Notes under the pieces: generated by a model
Seen by the model: only the letters and a program-made list of their open reading frames with translations
What the model was told of the DNA's origin: nothing
Databases searched by the model: none
NCBI GenBank assembly: GCA_045580065.1
Contig: JAZNNA010000003.1
Span: forward strand, 1-56,704
Direction of reading: 5' to 3'
Origin: Eubacteriales bacterium
GTDB taxonomy: Bacteria; Bacillota; Clostridia; Oscillospirales; CAG-272
DNA length: 56,704 nt
Program-made: the position numbers and the translations under genes
Shown: positions 54,882 to 56,704 of the stretch, one piece after another
How the letters are laid out: every line of letters starts with the position of its first letter
Numbering within the stretch: the stretch's first letter is position 1

Positions 54882-56102
54882 ATGAAGATTTATGAAGAGC
54901 TGGTCGCGCGCGGTCTGATCGCGCAGGTGACCGACGAGAGTGAGATCCGCGAGCTGATCAACGAGGGCAAGGCGACCTTCTACATCGGCTTTGACCCCAC
55001 GGCTGATTCCCTGCACGTGGGCCACTTTATGGCACTGTGCCTGATGAAAAGACTGCAAATGGCAGGCAACCGCCCCGTGGTGCTGATCGGCGGCGGCACC
55101 GCCATGATCGGCGACCCCTCCGGCCGCACCGATATGCGAAAGATGATGACGCGCGAGACCATCCAGCACAACGTGGACTGCTTTAAAAAGCAAATGGAGC
55201 GCTTTATCGAGTTTGGTGAGGACAAGGCGATCCTTGTAAACAACGCCGACTGGCTGCTTGACCTCAATTACGTTGAGGTGCTGCGTGACGTGGGCGCTTG
55301 CTTCTCGGTCAACAAGATGCTTTCTGCCGAGTGCTATAAGCAGCGCATGGAAAAGGGCCTTTCCTTCCTGGAATTCAACTACATGATCATGCAGTCCTAC
55401 GACTTCTATCACCTGTACCAAAACTATGGCTGCAATATGCAGTTCGGCGGCGACGACCAGTGGTCGAATATGCTGGGCGGCACCGAGCTGATCCGCAAAA
55501 AGCTGGGCAAGGACGCTTACGCCATGACCATCACGCTGCTGCTCAACTCCGAGGGCAAGAAGATGGGCAAGACCGCGAGCGGTGCCGTTTGGCTTGACCC
55601 CAACAAGACCACCCCCTACGAGTTCTATCAGTACTGGCGCAACGTGGGCGATGCCGACGTGCTCAAGTGCATCCGTATGCTGACCTTCCTGCCCATGGAG
55701 CAGATCGAGCAGATGAACACCTGGGAGGGCGAGCAGCTCAACCGCGCCAAGGAGATCCTTGCCTTTGAGCTGACCAAGCTGGTTCACGGCGAGGAGGAGG
55801 CACAAAAGGCCGAGGCTGCCGCAAAGGCACTGTTTGGTGCAGGCTCCGGCGAGAACGCCCCCGAGGCAGAGCTTTGCGACGCCGATTTTGTGGACGGCAC
55901 CATCGACATTCTCACCCTTCTTGTAAAGAGCGGGCTGTGCGCTTCCAAATCTGAGGCACGCCGCACTGTTGAGCAGGGCGGTGCCACCGCCGCCGGCGAA
56001 AAGGTCACCGACATCAAAAAAACCTTTACCGCTGCCGATTTTGCAGAGGGCTTGCTCGTAAAGCGCGGCAAAAAGAACTTCCGCCGCGTGGTGCTGAAAT
56101 AA
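54882..56102 (+). CDS. tyrS: tyrosine--tRNA ligase
   Basis: ATG at 54882 after [25 protein letters not shown]...[13 protein letters not shown] (HIGH), KMGKT (KMSKS) and a C-terminal S4 domain. Confidence 0.96.
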   Translation: MKIYEELVARGLIAQVTDESEIRELINEGKATFYIGFDPTADSLHVGHFMALCLMKRLQMAGNRPVVLIGGGTAMIGDPSGRTDMRKMMTRETIQHNVDCFKKQMERFIEFGEDKAILVNNADWLLDLNYVEVLRDVGACFSVNKMLSAECYKQRMEKGLSFLEFNYMIMQSYDFYHLYQNYGCNMQFGGDDQWSNMLGGTELIRKKLGKDAYAMTITLLLNSEGKKMGKTASGAVWLDPNKTTPYEFYQYWRNVGDADVLKCIRMLTFLPMEQIEQMNTWEGEQLNRAKEILAFELTKLVHGEEEAQKAEAAAKALFGAGSGENAPEAELCDADFVDGTIDILTLLVKSGLCASKSEARRTVEQGGATAAGEKVTDIKKTFTAADFAEGLLVKRGKKNFRRVVLK

Positions 56103-56140
56103 CCGGCATATCATAAGACGGGACGTCCCAATAAACATCA

Positions 56141-56177
56141 AATGCCCCGTGACGCATATGCGCCACGGGGCATTTTT
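56141..56177 (+). terminator. intrinsic terminator after tyrS
   Basis: AAATGCCCCGTG...CACGGGGCATTTTTG. Confidence 0.85.
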
Positions 56178-56187
56178 GTGAGGAATT

Positions 56188-56694
56188 ATGAAAAACAACG
56201 TTACCCTGATCGGCCTTCCCTCCTGCGGCAAAAGCACCGTGGGCGTGCTGCTTGCCAAAAGCCTTGGCTACCGCTTTCTGGATAGCGACCTTGTGATCCA
56301 GGAGCGCGAGGGCAAGCTGCTGCACGAGATCATTGAGCAAGAGGGCATCCGCCGCTTTTTGCAAATCGAAAACGAGGTCAACGCCACCCTCAACGTGACG
56401 CACACCGTGATCTCCACGGGCGGAAGTGCGGTCTACGGCAAGGAGGCGATGGCACACCTCAAAAGGATCAGCCGCGTGCTGTATCTCAAGATCGACTACG
56501 ATTCTCTTGTCGCGCGCCTTGGTGATTACTCACACCGCGGTGTGGTATTGCCGGAGGGCTATACCCTGCGCGACCTGTATGACGAGCGCACTGCGCTTTA
56601 CGAGCAATACGCAGACCTTGTGGTGGACGAGCGCGACACCGAAGGCAACCTTTCCAAAACCGTAGAGCGCTGCATCGCGCTGTGCAAAAGCTGA
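56188..56694 (+). CDS. aroK: shikimate kinase
   Basis: MKNNVTLIGLPSCGKSTVGVLLAKSLGYRFLDSDLVIQ... 168 aa. Confidence 0.9.
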   Translation: MKNNVTLIGLPSCGKSTVGVLLAKSLGYRFLDSDLVIQEREGKLLHEIIEQEGIRRFLQIENEVNATLNVTHTVISTGGSAVYGKEAMAHLKRISRVLYLKIDYDSLVARLGDYSHRGVVLPEGYTLRDLYDERTALYEQYADLVVDERDTEGNLSKTVERCIALCKS

Positions 56695-56704
56695 AAAAAG
56701 AGGG

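Noticed and set aside
54741-56258. 505-aa minus-strand ORF
   Set aside because: It is antisense to tyrS and runs through the tyrS terminator. No motifs.
1-56704. Mobile-element genes (transposase, integrase, recombinase), prophage genes, toxin-antitoxin pairs
   Set aside because: None of the supported ORFs has DDE, tyrosine- or serine-recombinase, terminase or typical TA signatures. The AT-rich block at the 5' end has no such gene inside the window.

Overview
The window is mostly a GC-rich Firmicutes/Clostridia-type chromosomal segment. The taxon call is an inference from spoVAD/spoVAE, an IspH-S1 fusion, S4 placed between S11 and rpoA, T-box leaders and Gram-positive style RBSs. I support about 75 protein genes. 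No rRNA, tRNA, CRISPR array, transposase or integrase was recognised.

Layout:
- 1-1.6 kb: a visibly AT-rich block with two lipoprotein genes, compositionally unlike the rest of the window.
- 1.9-5.8 kb: a LacI-family regulator plus an SDR and split-transketolase operon. The same palindromic operator sits in front of both units.
- 5.9-13.3 kb: lipid kinase, a 616-aa membrane-anchored protein, a degenerate Mur-ligase paralogue, GNAT, rubrerythrin and spoVAD-spoVAE.
- 13.4-17.9 kb: one apparent minus-strand operon of a tandem-DUF1538 membrane protein, two P-II-like proteins, DUF5685, a Cys-rich J-domain protein and a membrane protein.
- 18.0-19.4 kb: DUF3343 plus a class-V aminotransferase/cysteine desulfurase.
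- 19.46-34.96 kb: the complete S10-spc-alpha ribosomal cluster on the minus strand, rpsJ through rplQ, including secY, adk, map, infA, rpmJ and rpoA.
- 35.6-38.2 kb: a membrane protein plus short wHTH regulator pair, then L10 leader-rplJ-rplL.
- 38.6-43.4 kb: nagB, an SGNH hydrolase, GH127 and an AraC regulator.
- 43.5-45.8 kb: a two-gene cassette of a TIR-like protein (Cap12/PycTIR type) and a divergent nucleoside-hydrolase-fold protein.
- 45.8-56.7 kb: thrS with a Thr T-box, an MGS-like protein, ispH-S1, plsC, cmk, a flavoprotein, RpiR, tyrS with a Tyr T-box, and aroK.

The best candidate for an undescribed system is the TIR-like/nucleoside-hydrolase cassette. The DUF1538/P-II/DUF5685/J-domain operon is second.

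All calls come from reading the translated ORFs and the DNA by eye. No database search, HMM scan or folding was run.
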